From a virus, in the IMG/VR virus record IMGVR_UViG_3300045988_044010: a DNA stretch of 64,000 bases; one strand, written 5' to 3'. The stretch's first letter is position 1. Every line of letters starts with the position of its first letter. The notes under the pieces were generated by a model. It did no database searches. It was not told the origin of the DNA and saw nothing but the letters and a program-made list of their open reading frames with translations. The position numbers and the translations under genes are program-made. This document shows positions 13,101-23,399 of this stretch, in pieces.

Positions 13101-15024
13101 TGCGCCGTTTAATTATGGAGCCGCTATATCATTACCTGCAGGTTCGAGAAGATTTGATATATGGTATTCTGATAACTCGTCAACTAATTCTACTTAGAGA
13201 GGAATATTCTATAGAACTGGTTGGAATGTAACTAAAAATCCATGGGTTAGATTTTTAGATGCCAATGATATGAGTGCTACTAATACAGCAGACAAAATTC
13301 CAGTTAGAGACGCTAACAAACAGATACTAACTAGTGGTTATAAGAAAGAAGGATCTAGTGATTCATACGTACTACTTGGTGGTGGAGGTCATGTACTGTT
13401 GGCAAAAGGAACAACTGGTAATACTATGGTACAGAGAGATGCTGATGGTATTGTATATGGTAAGTATTTTTACACAGAACAAGAAGATGAAGCAGCTGGT
13501 ACATCTATATCTTCAGTGTATATAAAGAGTACAGATAAAATTATTAGAAGAGTATCCTTTGCTAACTTTAAATCAGCATTAAACATTCCTTCTGCATACA
13601 CATTACCAACCGCATCTAGTACTACTTTAGGAGGTATCAAGGTAGGAGCAGGATTGTCTATTAGTAATGGAGTATTATCTGCTAATGGAGGTGGCACAGC
13701 TGATTCAGTTGCATGGGCTAACGTAACAGGAAAGCCAACGTGGATTGGAACTACTAAACCAACTTACAGGCTAGACGAGATAGCTTCATCTACTAATCAA
13801 ACTGTAGATGCTAGTACTACCCCTGTATCTAGAAAGAAGATAGTTTATGTAGGCAAATCAGGTAATGGATGTATTAGTGCTGTAGCTTTAGGTATACGTA
13901 ATGTAAATGGATCATTTGGTCCAGCTGTATTATCGTTAGGAACTAAAGATACGCCATCAGATACAGCAGCTATTGATGACGGATGGGTAGATTACCAATT
14001 CCAAACTAGTGGTAGAGTTGTATCTAAAGCAGGTACATTTGCTGTCACTTCTGATATTCCTACTTCATTAAAGAATCCTAACGCCATTAAGTTTACAGGA
14101 GCAGTTACGGGTACTTATGATGGTTCTTCTGCTGTTACTTTGAATATACCAACTATTGCTGGACCAAAAGGCGATACTGGTGAGAAGGGAGAAAAAGGTG
14201 ATTAGGGTCCGTAGGGTTTGAAAGGTGACACTGGGGATCAAGGACCTAGAGGATATGCTGGTTCAGATGGAGCTAATGGTAAATCGTTAGAGTTTGTATG
14301 GAGTGGTTATACTCTTGGTGTAAGACAAGAAGGTACTACATCATATACTTATTCAACTAGTTTACGTGGAGCAACTGGAGCGAAGGGTGATAAAGGAGAT
14401 AAGGGTGATACAGGTCCAGCTGGTACTACAACGTGGTCTGGTATTACTGGAAAACCATCATGGATTGGTAGTAGCAAACCAACGTATACATGGTCGGAAA
14501 TCACAAGTAAGCCATCATGGATCGGTTCAAGTAAACCTTCCTATTCATATTCAGAAATATCTGGTACTCCATCTCTTGCTGATGTAGCCACATCTGGATC
14601 ATATAATGATCTAAGTAATAAACCAGTTATTGATACTGCTCTATCTTCTACTAGTACAAATGCAGTTCAGAACAAAGTAATATATGAATAGTTAGTAAAG
14701 AAGGCTGAGATAGTAGGATATTAGGCAGGTTAGAATGGTTACATAAAGTTTGACAATGGTTTATTAATGCAATGGGGGTATAAAACAGCAAGTTCTACTG
14801 GTACTAATACTACTTATACACCTATAGCTTTTTATAATGCTACATATGTTCCCGTTATTACTTATTATGAACCGGGCAACGGTATGAATATTGTCACAGG
14901 TCTTATTATAAATAAACAGACTAGTTATTTCACGATAAGGAGTAGATATACAGTGGGAGATTCAAACGGTACTGGCGCGGGAACCAATGATTTTTATTGG
15001 GTAGCCGTTGGTAGATGGAAATAA
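10183..15024 (+). CDS. tail fibre protein 2 (coiled-coil and collagen-like), 1613 aa with TAG read-through
   Basis: ATG 10183 and track ORFs 10240, 10687, 11428, 12172, 13270, 14218 and 14767 are all in one frame. About 13 TAG are the only interruptions, and it ends at TAA 15022-15024. It has RAxxAE coiled-coil repeats, Gly-X-Y tracts, repeated KP(S/T)WIG(S/T)(S/T)KP(S/T)Y motifs, and a C-terminal tip ending FYWVAVGRWK. Confidence 0.8.
14161..14283 (+). repeat. collagen-like Gly-X-Y tract in fibre 2 containing two TAG codons
   Basis: GPK GDT GEK GEK GD[TAG] GP[TAG] GLK GDT GDQ GPR GYA GSD GAN GK. The TAG codons are at 14203-14205 and 14212-14214. Confidence 0.9.
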
Positions 15025-15037
15025 AAAATTAACTATT

Positions 15038-15568
15038 ATGAAATATTGGAAATAGGGATTCTATGATGAATTTCAAGAAGGTTCGGTTGAAATAACCGAA
15101 GAATATTGGCAGAAACTATTAGTCGGGTAGTCATCAGGAAAAGAAATAAAAGAAAACGAAGTTGGATATCCCATATTGGTCGATTATCAGTATACTATTG
15201 ATGAATTAAAAGAAATGAAAATAGCTGACATTAATGCTTATGATAAATCAGATGCGGTAAATTCATTTTATCTTTCAGGAAAAAAAATGTGGTTAGATAA
15301 AGAAGACCGAGTAGGGCTTGTTAACTCAATTAATATTGAGAAACATACTGGTAAACTAGATACAGTTTTATGGTTTGATACAATAAAATATACTATACCT
15401 ATAACAGATGCTATATCTATGCTAAATTCATTAGAGTTATATGCACTTAATTGCTATAATACTACCCAACAACACATTTCGGCAATCTATAAATTACAAA
15501 CAAAAGAGGAAATAGAGTCTTATAACTATAAGACAGGTTATCCAGATAAGCTATAGTTTACATTATAA
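15038..15568 (+). CDS. DUF4376-like protein (possible tail fibre assembly/accessory), 176 aa with TAG read-through
   Basis: ATG 15038 is in frame with track ORF 15176..15556. It ends at TAA 15566-15568. The pattern KIADINAYDKSDAVNSF...MWLDKEDRVGL...LELYALNCYN...GYP resembles DUF4376 as I remember it. Confidence 0.5.
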
Positions 15569-15595
15569 ACATATAAAATTAAATAATTTTTTCAT

Positions 15596-16126
15596 ATGAA
15601 AGAGAAAATAATATTTCTAGCCCAAACGTATGCTCCAAATCCATCGGAGTGTACTTATTGGATTGATTTAAAAGAAGATCCGACTGGAGCTGTCATCAAA
15701 GTATGGAATGGCGCTACATGGAAACCTATTAGTGGAGACACTGAAGTGGTAGCTATGTTACAGGAAGAGATTAAAAAGAAAGCTACTAAGGCTACTACTT
15801 TATCTGGTTATGGCATTCAAGATGCATATACCAAAGATCAAGTAGATGCAAAAGTAGCATCAGTATACAGAGTAAAAGGATCGGTTGCTGATTTTGATTC
15901 ATTACCAAGTACAGCATCAGTTGGTGATGTGTATAACTTGGATGATACAGGAGCTAACTATGTATGTATTACAGCTAGTCCTGCAGAATGGGATAAATTA
16001 TCTGAAACTGTAGACTTAACAGGGTGCATTGCATCTGACGTAGTATCTAATGTAGTTTATATGACTCAGGCACAATACGAAGCATTATCGGTTAAAGATT
16101 CCAAAACATTATATTTAATTTACTAA
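15596..16126 (+). CDS. short tail fibre-like protein (176 aa)
   Basis: Intact ORF with a TAA TAA stop. The N-terminus PNPSECTYWIDLKEDPTGAVIKVWNGATW parallels the fibre 2 N-terminus PNPDEVMYWVDLNTDPLGGSIKVWNAEGYW. Confidence 0.6.
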   Translation: MKEKIIFLAQTYAPNPSECTYWIDLKEDPTGAVIKVWNGATWKPISGDTEVVAMLQEEIKKKATKATTLSGYGIQDAYTKDQVDAKVASVYRVKGSVADFDSLPSTASVGDVYNLDDTGANYVCITASPAEWDKLSETVDLTGCIASDVVSNVVYMTQAQYEALSVKDSKTLYLIY

Positions 16127-16130
16127 TAAT

Positions 16131-17399
16131 ATGAAATTACAGAATAATGACATAATAGCAGCTTATCTAGGTGCTTAGACTATTTCTGATATTAATTTAG
16201 GAGATAACAATGTCTTCTCTAATTACTATGGAGTTAGCTTTCCATTAGAACCTCAGAATACTCTTATGACTAGAATAGGTTATATGCCTTGGCATAAGTC
16301 ATTACCTATTCAATCTAAAATGAAAACATGTACTATTACTTCTGATGGTACTGTTAAATATATCAATGCATCTGATAGAACTAAGTATGAAGATGGAACT
16401 GACAGAGATATGACGCTTAATACTATGGTAGAAATACCTGAATTCTGGTATAAGTGTATGAAGAATGATACAGACGTTTTCCTTAACTTGTATGTTAATG
16501 ATCCTAAACTAGCAGACGTGGAACATGTAACTAAATTCTATATTTCAGCATATGAGGCTACTACAGTAGATGATAAGTTGATGTCAGTTAATAATGGTTC
16601 TACCCCTACAGTATCTATCCCCAGAACTACTATGCAATCTAGAGCTAGAGCAAATGGTAGTGAAAAATGGAATATGTATACTTATAAAGCACATAGAATA
16701 CTTACTATTCTTTACTTAGTAGAATACGCATGTACTAATAGTCAAGCAACTTACAATGCTACATTAACTTCAGAAGGATATAGACAAGGCGGACTTGGCG
16801 CAGGTGTAACTGGTGCAGGTCAACCAGTTAAGAACGGTTCTAATATATACTCAATTGTTCCATGTGGCACCACAGATTCTTTAGGTAATTCTACGGGTGT
16901 GGTTTCGTTTGCTTGGAACAATACTAATGCAGAAGGTGCTACTACATCTACATTCAATTATAATGTACCTAGTTATAGAGGTGTTGAGAATCCATTTGGA
17001 CACTTATGGAAGAATGTAATAGATGCATTAGTACACTTTAACTCTACTGATAATTGTAATGATGTAATGTTGAATAGTAATCTCGCTACATTTGGTTCAA
17101 CCACAATAGGTGATTATACATTACAAGGGCAGACAACAATTAGAGAAGGATATAAAAAGCAGTTGATATATAACTCTGCCTTTGATTTATTCCCATCTAA
17201 AGACGAAGCATTTGGAGGAAATACTACAACATATTGGTGTGATTATAATTACAGCAATAATAGTACATCAGACAGAACTATCCTTTTGGGTGGTAGCGCG
17301 GCTCACGGCGGTATTGCTGGGTTGCTCCATGTGGGTTCTAACAATGGGCTTGGTCATTCCTATGCTTCTGTCGGTACTCGGTTAATCTATATACCGTAA
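16131..17399 (+). CDS. DGR target protein (receptor-binding candidate) with C-terminal variable region, 422 aa with 1 TAG
   Basis: ATG 16131 is in frame with track ORF 16266..17399. There is a TAG at codon 16, and it ends at TAA 17397-17399. The last 39 codons contain the VR. Confidence 0.85.
17283..17379 (+). repeat. DGR variable repeat (VR)
   Basis: It aligns without gaps to 17441-17537 (offset 158). All 23 differences lie opposite adenines in the other copy. Confidence 0.9.
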
Positions 17400-17440
17400 A
17401 AATATAGAATTTTATTGAAAAATAATAGGTTGTTCTCTTG

Positions 17441-17537
17441 CATTTAGGTAGTAACACGACTAACAGCAGTAATGCTAGGTTACTCAATGTGAATTCTAAC
17501 AATGAGCTTAGTAATTCCAATGCTAATGTCAGTACAC
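17441..17537 (+). repeat. DGR template repeat (TR)
   Basis: This is the A-rich, AAC/AAT-rich non-coding copy of the VR. It lies 41 nt after the target stop and upstream of the RT. Homology decays after 17537 (T/G mismatch at 17538). Confidence 0.9.
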
Positions 17538-17662
17538 TGATCCCCAAAACAGAAAAAATATTTAAAGAAGCACTGTTAGAGAAGACCTTACCTCTTGGTA
17601 AAAAACGACATTTTAAAACACTGTATTAGTAGCGCAAGCGAAAATTCGGTATGGGATTTCAG

Positions 17663-18685
17663 ATGAAAAGATATAATAATTTATTTGAACAGATTGTTAG
17701 CTTAGACAATCTACGTCTAGCTGAAAAGAAAGCTAGAAAAAACAAGACTCACAGACCAGAAGTTATTGAGTTCGATAAGAATAAAGAACAGTTACTGTTA
17801 GAGTTATAGAAAATGTTAATTGATGGTACATATGTGACATCTCCGTATTATATCTATAAGATATATGAACCAAAAGAAAGAGAAATCTTTAGGTTGCCAT
17901 ATTATCCAGATAGAATAGTACACCACGCAATAATGAATATATTAGAACCTATATGGGTTTCAACCTTCGTGAAAGGTACATATAGTTGCATTAAGAAACG
18001 TGGTATTCATAAAGCTATGAGAGATGTAAAAGAATCATTAAAGGACATACAAGGAACTCAGTATTGTCTAAAGTTAGATATCAGAAAGTTCTATCCTTCA
18101 ATTGATAATGATATACTCAAACAAGTAATAAGAAGAAAGATAAAGGACGTTAAGTTATTAAATCTATTAGATAGTATAATAGACTCTGCTGAAGGAGTAC
18201 CTATTGGAAATTACTTATCACAATTCTTTGCAAACTTATATTTAACTTATCTAGATCACTATATTAAGGAAGTTCAGAAAGTTAAACACTATTTCAGATA
18301 TGCAGATGATATTGTAATATTACATAGTGATAAGAAATATCTTAGATATCTATATGAAGATATTAAGGATTATTTAGAGAATAAACTTAATTTACATTTC
18401 AAAGATAACTGGCAGATATTTAAAGTAGATTCTAGAGGAATAGATTTTGTAGGATACAGATTGTTTCATACACATATACTTCTTAGAAAGAGAATCAAAC
18501 AAAACTTCTGCAGAAAGATAACAAAACTAAATAAAAAAGATATTGATAAGGATGATTATAAACAAAAAATATGTAGTTATATAGGTTGGATTAAACATTG
18601 TAATGGAAGGAATTTGTTCAGTAAAATGTTGAAATATAAAGAGCTATTAGAATACGTTAACATCCATAGACCAAGTAAAACATAA
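17663..18685 (+). CDS. DGR reverse transcriptase, 340 aa with 1 TAG
   Basis: ATG 17663 is in frame with track ORF 17813..18685, joined through TAG 17807-17809. YADD is at 18299-18310, and the IGNYLSQ motif is typical of DGR-type RTs. An alternative in-frame ATG lies at 17651. Confidence 0.9.
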
Positions 18686-18780
18686 CATACTTATATACGT
18701 TTTATAGTTATATCTCAAAACGATTATCAGCCCTAGCAGATCAAGTTCAGCCGGGGTTTTTACTTTTAAACTATTATCAA

Positions 18781-19404
18781 ATGTTTTTAGAATTCTTGCC
18801 ACAAATACTTACAGGAGTAGCTTCAATTTTAGCTTTATGGTTCACTTATAATCAGTACACAAAGAATAAGATAACTGACTATAAGATTGAAAGATGGAAA
18901 AAGCAAGAGCATGTTAACAATGTTAAAAATGCTGGAAATATAGCTACAATTTATGGAGAACTATGGGAACTCCTATACTTCTTAAAAGCTGACAGGGTAT
19001 ATCTTATCCAACCACATCCTCTATATAGAGAGATGTACATATCTGCTACATTAGAAGTAAAACAATATGGAGTATCTTCAGTAAGAGATAGTTTGTCTGA
19101 TATCAAGATTGAAACAATCTCTAAGTTCGTATCTGATTTGGCAAATACTGAATATACATTTATAAACGATATAGATTCATCAGACTTTCTGGATAACAAG
19201 ATTAAGTCAATCATGACAGGTAATGGTTGTCACTCCGTTGCTATCAGAAGATTAAGCGATGAAAAGAATAATTGGATAGGATCTATAGTAATAGGTTACA
19301 TACATACTTTTGATGATAACGTAGATCCTCAACTTATCGAAAAAATGTCTAGGTCAAGTGCACTTTCGATCTAGTACATATTACCAGAATTCAAAACAGA
19401 ATAA
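18781..19404 (+). CDS. hypothetical protein with N-terminal transmembrane helix, 207 aa
   Basis: Track ORF 18781..19374 ends at TAG. Read-through adds 9 codons to TAA 19402-19404. The N-terminus is hydrophobic (FLPQILTGVASILALWF). Confidence 0.55.
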
Positions 19405-19405
19405 C

Positions 19406-20017
19406 ATGTTATTAAAAAGCTTTTTCAACAAATTGGCAGTCACTATCATAATTGGTTTGACTGCCTTTTGTTTTTTTTAGAGATAGAAAATAAAGACACT
19501 AGATAAAAGTCTAGGTCAAGTAACAAACAATTACAAGTATTATCAGGAATTAAATAGCAAACTAAAAGAAGATAATAGAACCTTACAACTTACTATAGGT
19601 GAATTGAATAATAGTAAAGATAGTTTAATTACTGAAGTAAAGAAGGTTTAGAAGGAACTTAAAATCAAAGATAAGAATCTCTAGTAGGTACAAGTAATCA
19701 ATACAGAAATGAAAGACTCAGCATCCGTTGAAATAAAAACTAAGAATGTTGACTTTAGTGAAAAACTAAAGCTAAATGAATTAACTACTATCACAGTAAA
19801 TAGAAAAGACTCAATCTTAACTGCCATACTAGATCTAAGAAATTCCCAGATACTATTTGTAGAAGAAAAAAAAGAATATCGTAATTAGTATAAAAATGGC
19901 TTCTAGAGGTTCTTGCACTTTGATTGGAAGAAAGATCGTGTCAGAAAGTATCAAATACATAATAGCAACAAACTTATAAAGGTAACTGATACTAGAATCG
20001 TAGAAGTTACTAAATAA
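19406..20017 (+). CDS. membrane-anchored coiled-coil protein (spanin-like by architecture only), 203 aa with TAG read-through
   Basis: ATG 19406 runs to TAA 20015-20017 with about 7 in-frame TAG. An N-terminal hydrophobic segment (LAVTIIIGLTAFCFF) is followed by heptad-like K/E/L-rich sequence. Confidence 0.45.
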
Positions 20018-20056
20018 AAAATAAATCAATCTATTAATATATTAATCAATAATAAT

Positions 20057-20653
20057 ATGCATAGAATAATCCGTATAAAAGCTTATGAAGCTGAACACGG
20101 TCCTCATTTCAATGATGAGCATGCTCGCAAAGCTGTAAACAAGATGGAAAATGAAGACGGAACAAGAGGTCAGCATTGGTCACTTGAGGAAACTACAGCA
20201 TTAGCTAATCAGTATGGTATTCGTTTGGATGAAAAGATAAACAAATATGACTGGTACGTAGCATTAAATATGGTATACTCAGATTACTACCGTGTAGTTG
20301 TTAGCATGACAGGCTCTAATAATACGAAGTACTTCGTAGAATTAGCTAAAGCATGGCTGCATGACAAAGACATAGATGAAGGTAAAATGTGGTTCTACTA
20401 TATTTATGTAATGTGTGATAAGATTAGAAATGCTGAAGAGGATCTTTTCGAAAGACATTACAGCAAATATGAAGATGACGACGAAGAGGAACGTTACGGT
20501 AACTACCGTAGAATGGGCAGATCTTCATATGGTAGACGTAAAGAGTACGACAGAGAATACGATGAAAGAGACTTTGAAAGGGAAAGAGAGAAATTTTTTC
20601 CTATGGAAGAAGAATCCAAACGTGGTCGTTCTGTGCGCTACATTAGATATTAA
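20057..20653 (+). CDS. hypothetical protein with R/E/D/Y-rich tail (198 aa)
   Basis: Intact ORF with a TAA stop. Confidence 0.7.
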   Translation: MHRIIRIKAYEAEHGPHFNDEHARKAVNKMENEDGTRGQHWSLEETTALANQYGIRLDEKINKYDWYVALNMVYSDYYRVVVSMTGSNNTKYFVELAKAWLHDKDIDEGKMWFYYIYVMCDKIRNAEEDLFERHYSKYEDDDEEERYGNYRRMGRSSYGRRKEYDREYDERDFEREREKFFPMEEESKRGRSVRYIRY

Positions 20654-20685
20654 TCAAATTAAATCAATCCTAAATAAAATCAATT

Positions 20686-21540
20686 ATGTTAGAAGATAAA
20701 ATTATCGTTCAAGATCGCGGTTTTGACGCTGGTCTAGCTGCTTTAATGCAGAATGCAAACAAAGGTAATATGGACCCTGCAGCTCTCATGGCTATGATGA
20801 ATAACAATGGTATGGGTGGCAATGGTTGTTGGTGGATTTGGATCATCTTACTGTTCTTTGTATGGGGCGGTTGGGGTGGAAACGGCTTTGGCAACAGAGG
20901 CGGTGAAGCTTCACAATTGGCTTCTCAACTGAACACAGATGCTAACACTAATCTGTTGATGCAGGCAATCAATGGTAACAAAGAAGCTATCAGCACATTA
21001 TCTAATACTTTGAATTGCGATATCAACTCAGTACAGTCTGCATTAAACACTATTAATACTAGCGTAAGTCAGATCGCTTGTGACACTAAACTTTCTGGTG
21101 CTCAGGTAATAAATGCTATCCAGAGTGGAAATGCTAGTCTTGCATCACAGCTCGCTTCTTGCTGCTGCGACGTAAGAAATGCCATAACTACTTAGGGTTA
21201 TGAAAGTCAATTAGCAATAGTAAATCAGACAAATACATTAACTAGCAACGCTAATACTCAGTTCAATATCCTAGGAGCTAAGATAGACGCTTAGACTCAG
21301 ATTATCAATGATAGATTCTGTCAACTTGAAATGCGTGAAATGCAGAACAAGATTGACTCATTACGTCAAGAAAACACTCAGTTGGCTTTGGCTGCTTCTC
21401 AGCAAGCACAAACAGCTAATATTGTTTCTCAGTTGAAAGCTCCGTGCCCAACTCCTGCGTACGTAGTTCCTAATCCTAACTGCTGCTATGGTGGGTTTGC
21501 AGGCTATGGATATGGCTACAACGAAGGATGTGGTTGCTAA
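20686..21540 (+). CDS. Gly/Trp-rich membrane protein with Cys-rich C-terminus, 284 aa with 2 TAG
   Basis: Track ORFs 20686..21195 and 21331..21540 are in one frame, joined through TAG. It contains a WWIWIILLFFVWGGWGG hydrophobic segment and ends CCYGGFAGYGYGYNEGCGC, with a TAA stop. Confidence 0.65.
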
Positions 21541-21545
21541 TAGAA

Positions 21546-21551
21546 AGGAGG
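21546..21551 (+). promoter_or_regulatory. Shine-Dalgarno-like AGGAGG
   Basis: AGGAGG lies 5 nt upstream of ATG 21557. The other starts I inspected (1663, 2719, 9278, 15596, 20057, 20686) have A/T-only leaders. Confidence 0.45.
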
Positions 21552-21556
21552 TAATT

Positions 21557-22000
21557 ATGTATCCTTTCTATAATCTAGGTTACGGTTTTCCTCGTAGAAA
21601 TGTATAGAGATTAGATAGAGCTGGTATACCTGTAGCACGTACAATATACGTGACTACAGATACCGAAGCTAATCAGGTTACTTATGGTCTGTGCCCATAC
21701 CAATGGAGACAATTGCCAAATGAAGGTATCTTACTGTTGAACGTACAGCACACTCCTTCAGCTAGTACTGCTGCGGATGCAGCTATCCTGATTGATCCTA
21801 CTCATACTACATCTTCTGTTAACACAGTAAGCAATGTATCTGCGGGAGGAAAACAATTGGTAAATGGTTCTGGTGATCAGATGGTTAATCAAGAAGTTAC
21901 TGTTGGAAATAAATATTTCGTATACTATAATAAGTGTAATGGAATATTCCAAGTAGTAAACCATATTGTTACTCCAGCTGCCCCAGCTCCAGCAGCTTAA
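21557..22000 (+). CDS. hypothetical protein, 147 aa with 1 TAG
   Basis: ATG 21557 is in frame with track ORF 21650..22000. It has a TAA stop and a terminator hairpin follows. Confidence 0.65.
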
Positions 22001-22004
22001 TAAT

Positions 22005-22026
22005 AAGGGCTCTATATGAGCCCTTT
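22005..22026 (+). terminator. hairpin terminator candidate
   Basis: GGGCTC (22007-22012) pairs with GAGCCC (22018-22023) around a TATAT loop, followed by TTT. Confidence 0.55.
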
Positions 22027-22042
22027 AAACACTATACTAATT

Positions 22043-22609
22043 ATGATGACATTTTCCCAATTAAATATTGGTCAACCAATTCATGTGCTTGAGGTAGTAG
22101 GCACATTTAAAAAGAGTACTACTTACTATAGAGGTATGGTTACTAGCGTATCTAAGATATACGAAGAGCAACTACCACCACAACAATTTCCAATGCCTAA
22201 TTAGACTAGAAAGAAATTAGTAGATATAGTAATTAGTTGTGATGGAGAATCTAAGAAGTTGTCAGTAGAAGAAAACAAATCTATAGTGACAGATGGGTCA
22301 ATAGGTTTAACAGTGGCTACTGATAAACAACAAATAATAAACATGGTTAAAGCTAACTACGATGAATGCAAAGCTAAGAAAGAAGCAATGGCTAAGTATG
22401 ATGAAGAGATGAACAAATGCGAGAACATACTTAAGTAGTTAGACTATAATGACAAAGAACCTGAGAAAGAAGATCCAAAGATAAAGGAGCTGCAAGATCA
22501 GGTAGAAGAACTCAAAGGTTTAATAAAACAAGCGAGTAACATGGTTCCACCTTAGATGAAGTAGATGTTACCATAGAATATTCAAAAAGCAATGAATGAG
22601 GCTAGTTAA
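22043..22609 (+). CDS. hypothetical protein, 188 aa with TAG read-through
   Basis: It is in frame with track ORF 22016..22204 and ends at TAA 22607-22609. I place the start at ATG 22043 because ATG 22016 lies inside the upstream hairpin. Confidence 0.5.
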
Positions 22610-22624
22610 TACTAGCCTTTTTTC
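22600..22624 (+). terminator. rho-independent terminator
   Basis: GGCTAGT (22600-22606) pairs with ACTAGCC (22611-22617) around a TAAT loop, followed by TTTTTT. Confidence 0.7.
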
Positions 22625-22742
22625 ATTTATAGCCCCAAGAACAAACGCTATTAGTTCATATGGTCTATTGTATTACTTACTACGTAAAGTGGCTAGAAAC
22701 GCCTTAAAATACGTTATTATTATATTTAATAAATAATGCATT

Positions 22743-23399
22743 ATGAAATTAAACACATTGAATACTATTATTGATGATATTCTACTTGAATTGCGCAACA
22801 GTTCTATTGCCGAATCAGAACATATAAGTAGAATACAAATCGAGCAATGGATTCATAACTACAGAGCTATGTTAATTAAATAGGATATTGATAAAGGAAG
22901 AGATATCAATCCTATGTATGTGTAGACTCTGCCTTGTATTCATCTAGATCGTGTTGAGTGCACTCCCGGTCATATTGAATACGTAAGTAATATTGAATTA
23001 CCAAAGCTTATAGACTTTCACTTTAGAACTGGATTAGTATCTGTAAAAGATATGTTCGGCAATTTAATCTAGTTAGGAAGTGAAACTAAAAACAAATATC
23101 AAAAGTATAGAAAATATACATGCAAAGACTACATAGCATATCTGAAAGGTAACAGAATATATGTAGATGGAGGTAATCATCAGTTAGAATATATCGAGGC
23201 AGATGTTATATTAGAGAATCCAGCTGATGCAAATGAATGCTTTGATCCAGATATGCCTTATCCAGCACCAGCTCACATGATACCAACTATTAAAGATTTA
23301 ATCTTTAGTAAAGAGTTAAATATAATGCCAAAAATGCCTACTGATGAGACTAATAACTCTAGAGATGATATGTAGAACATTTATAAACAGCAGAAATGA
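22743..23399 (+). CDS. hypothetical structural-module protein, 218 aa with TAG read-through
   Basis: ATG 22743 runs to TGA 23397-23399. Interruptions are TAG only. The stop overlaps the next ATG as ATGA. Confidence 0.6.

Noticed and set aside
4326-14590. The GGT-rich periodic repeats might be a CRISPR array or a satellite.
   Set aside because: The periodicity is 9 nt or less and codon-phased (Gly-X-Y) inside long ORFs. There are no repeat-spacer units of 25-40 nt anywhere in the window.
17438-17629. The 63-aa track ORF between the DGR target and the RT might be an Avd accessory gene.
   Set aside because: It is the TR read in the VR frame (HLGSNTTNSSNARLLNVNSNN...), i.e. a coding shadow of the repeat. 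It is too short and Asn/Ser-rich for the helical Avd fold.
22016-22042. ATG 22016 might be the start of the 22016..22204 ORF.
   Set aside because: It lies inside the terminator hairpin of the upstream gene (22007-22023). The in-frame ATG ATG at 22043 is more plausible, though this remains unproven.
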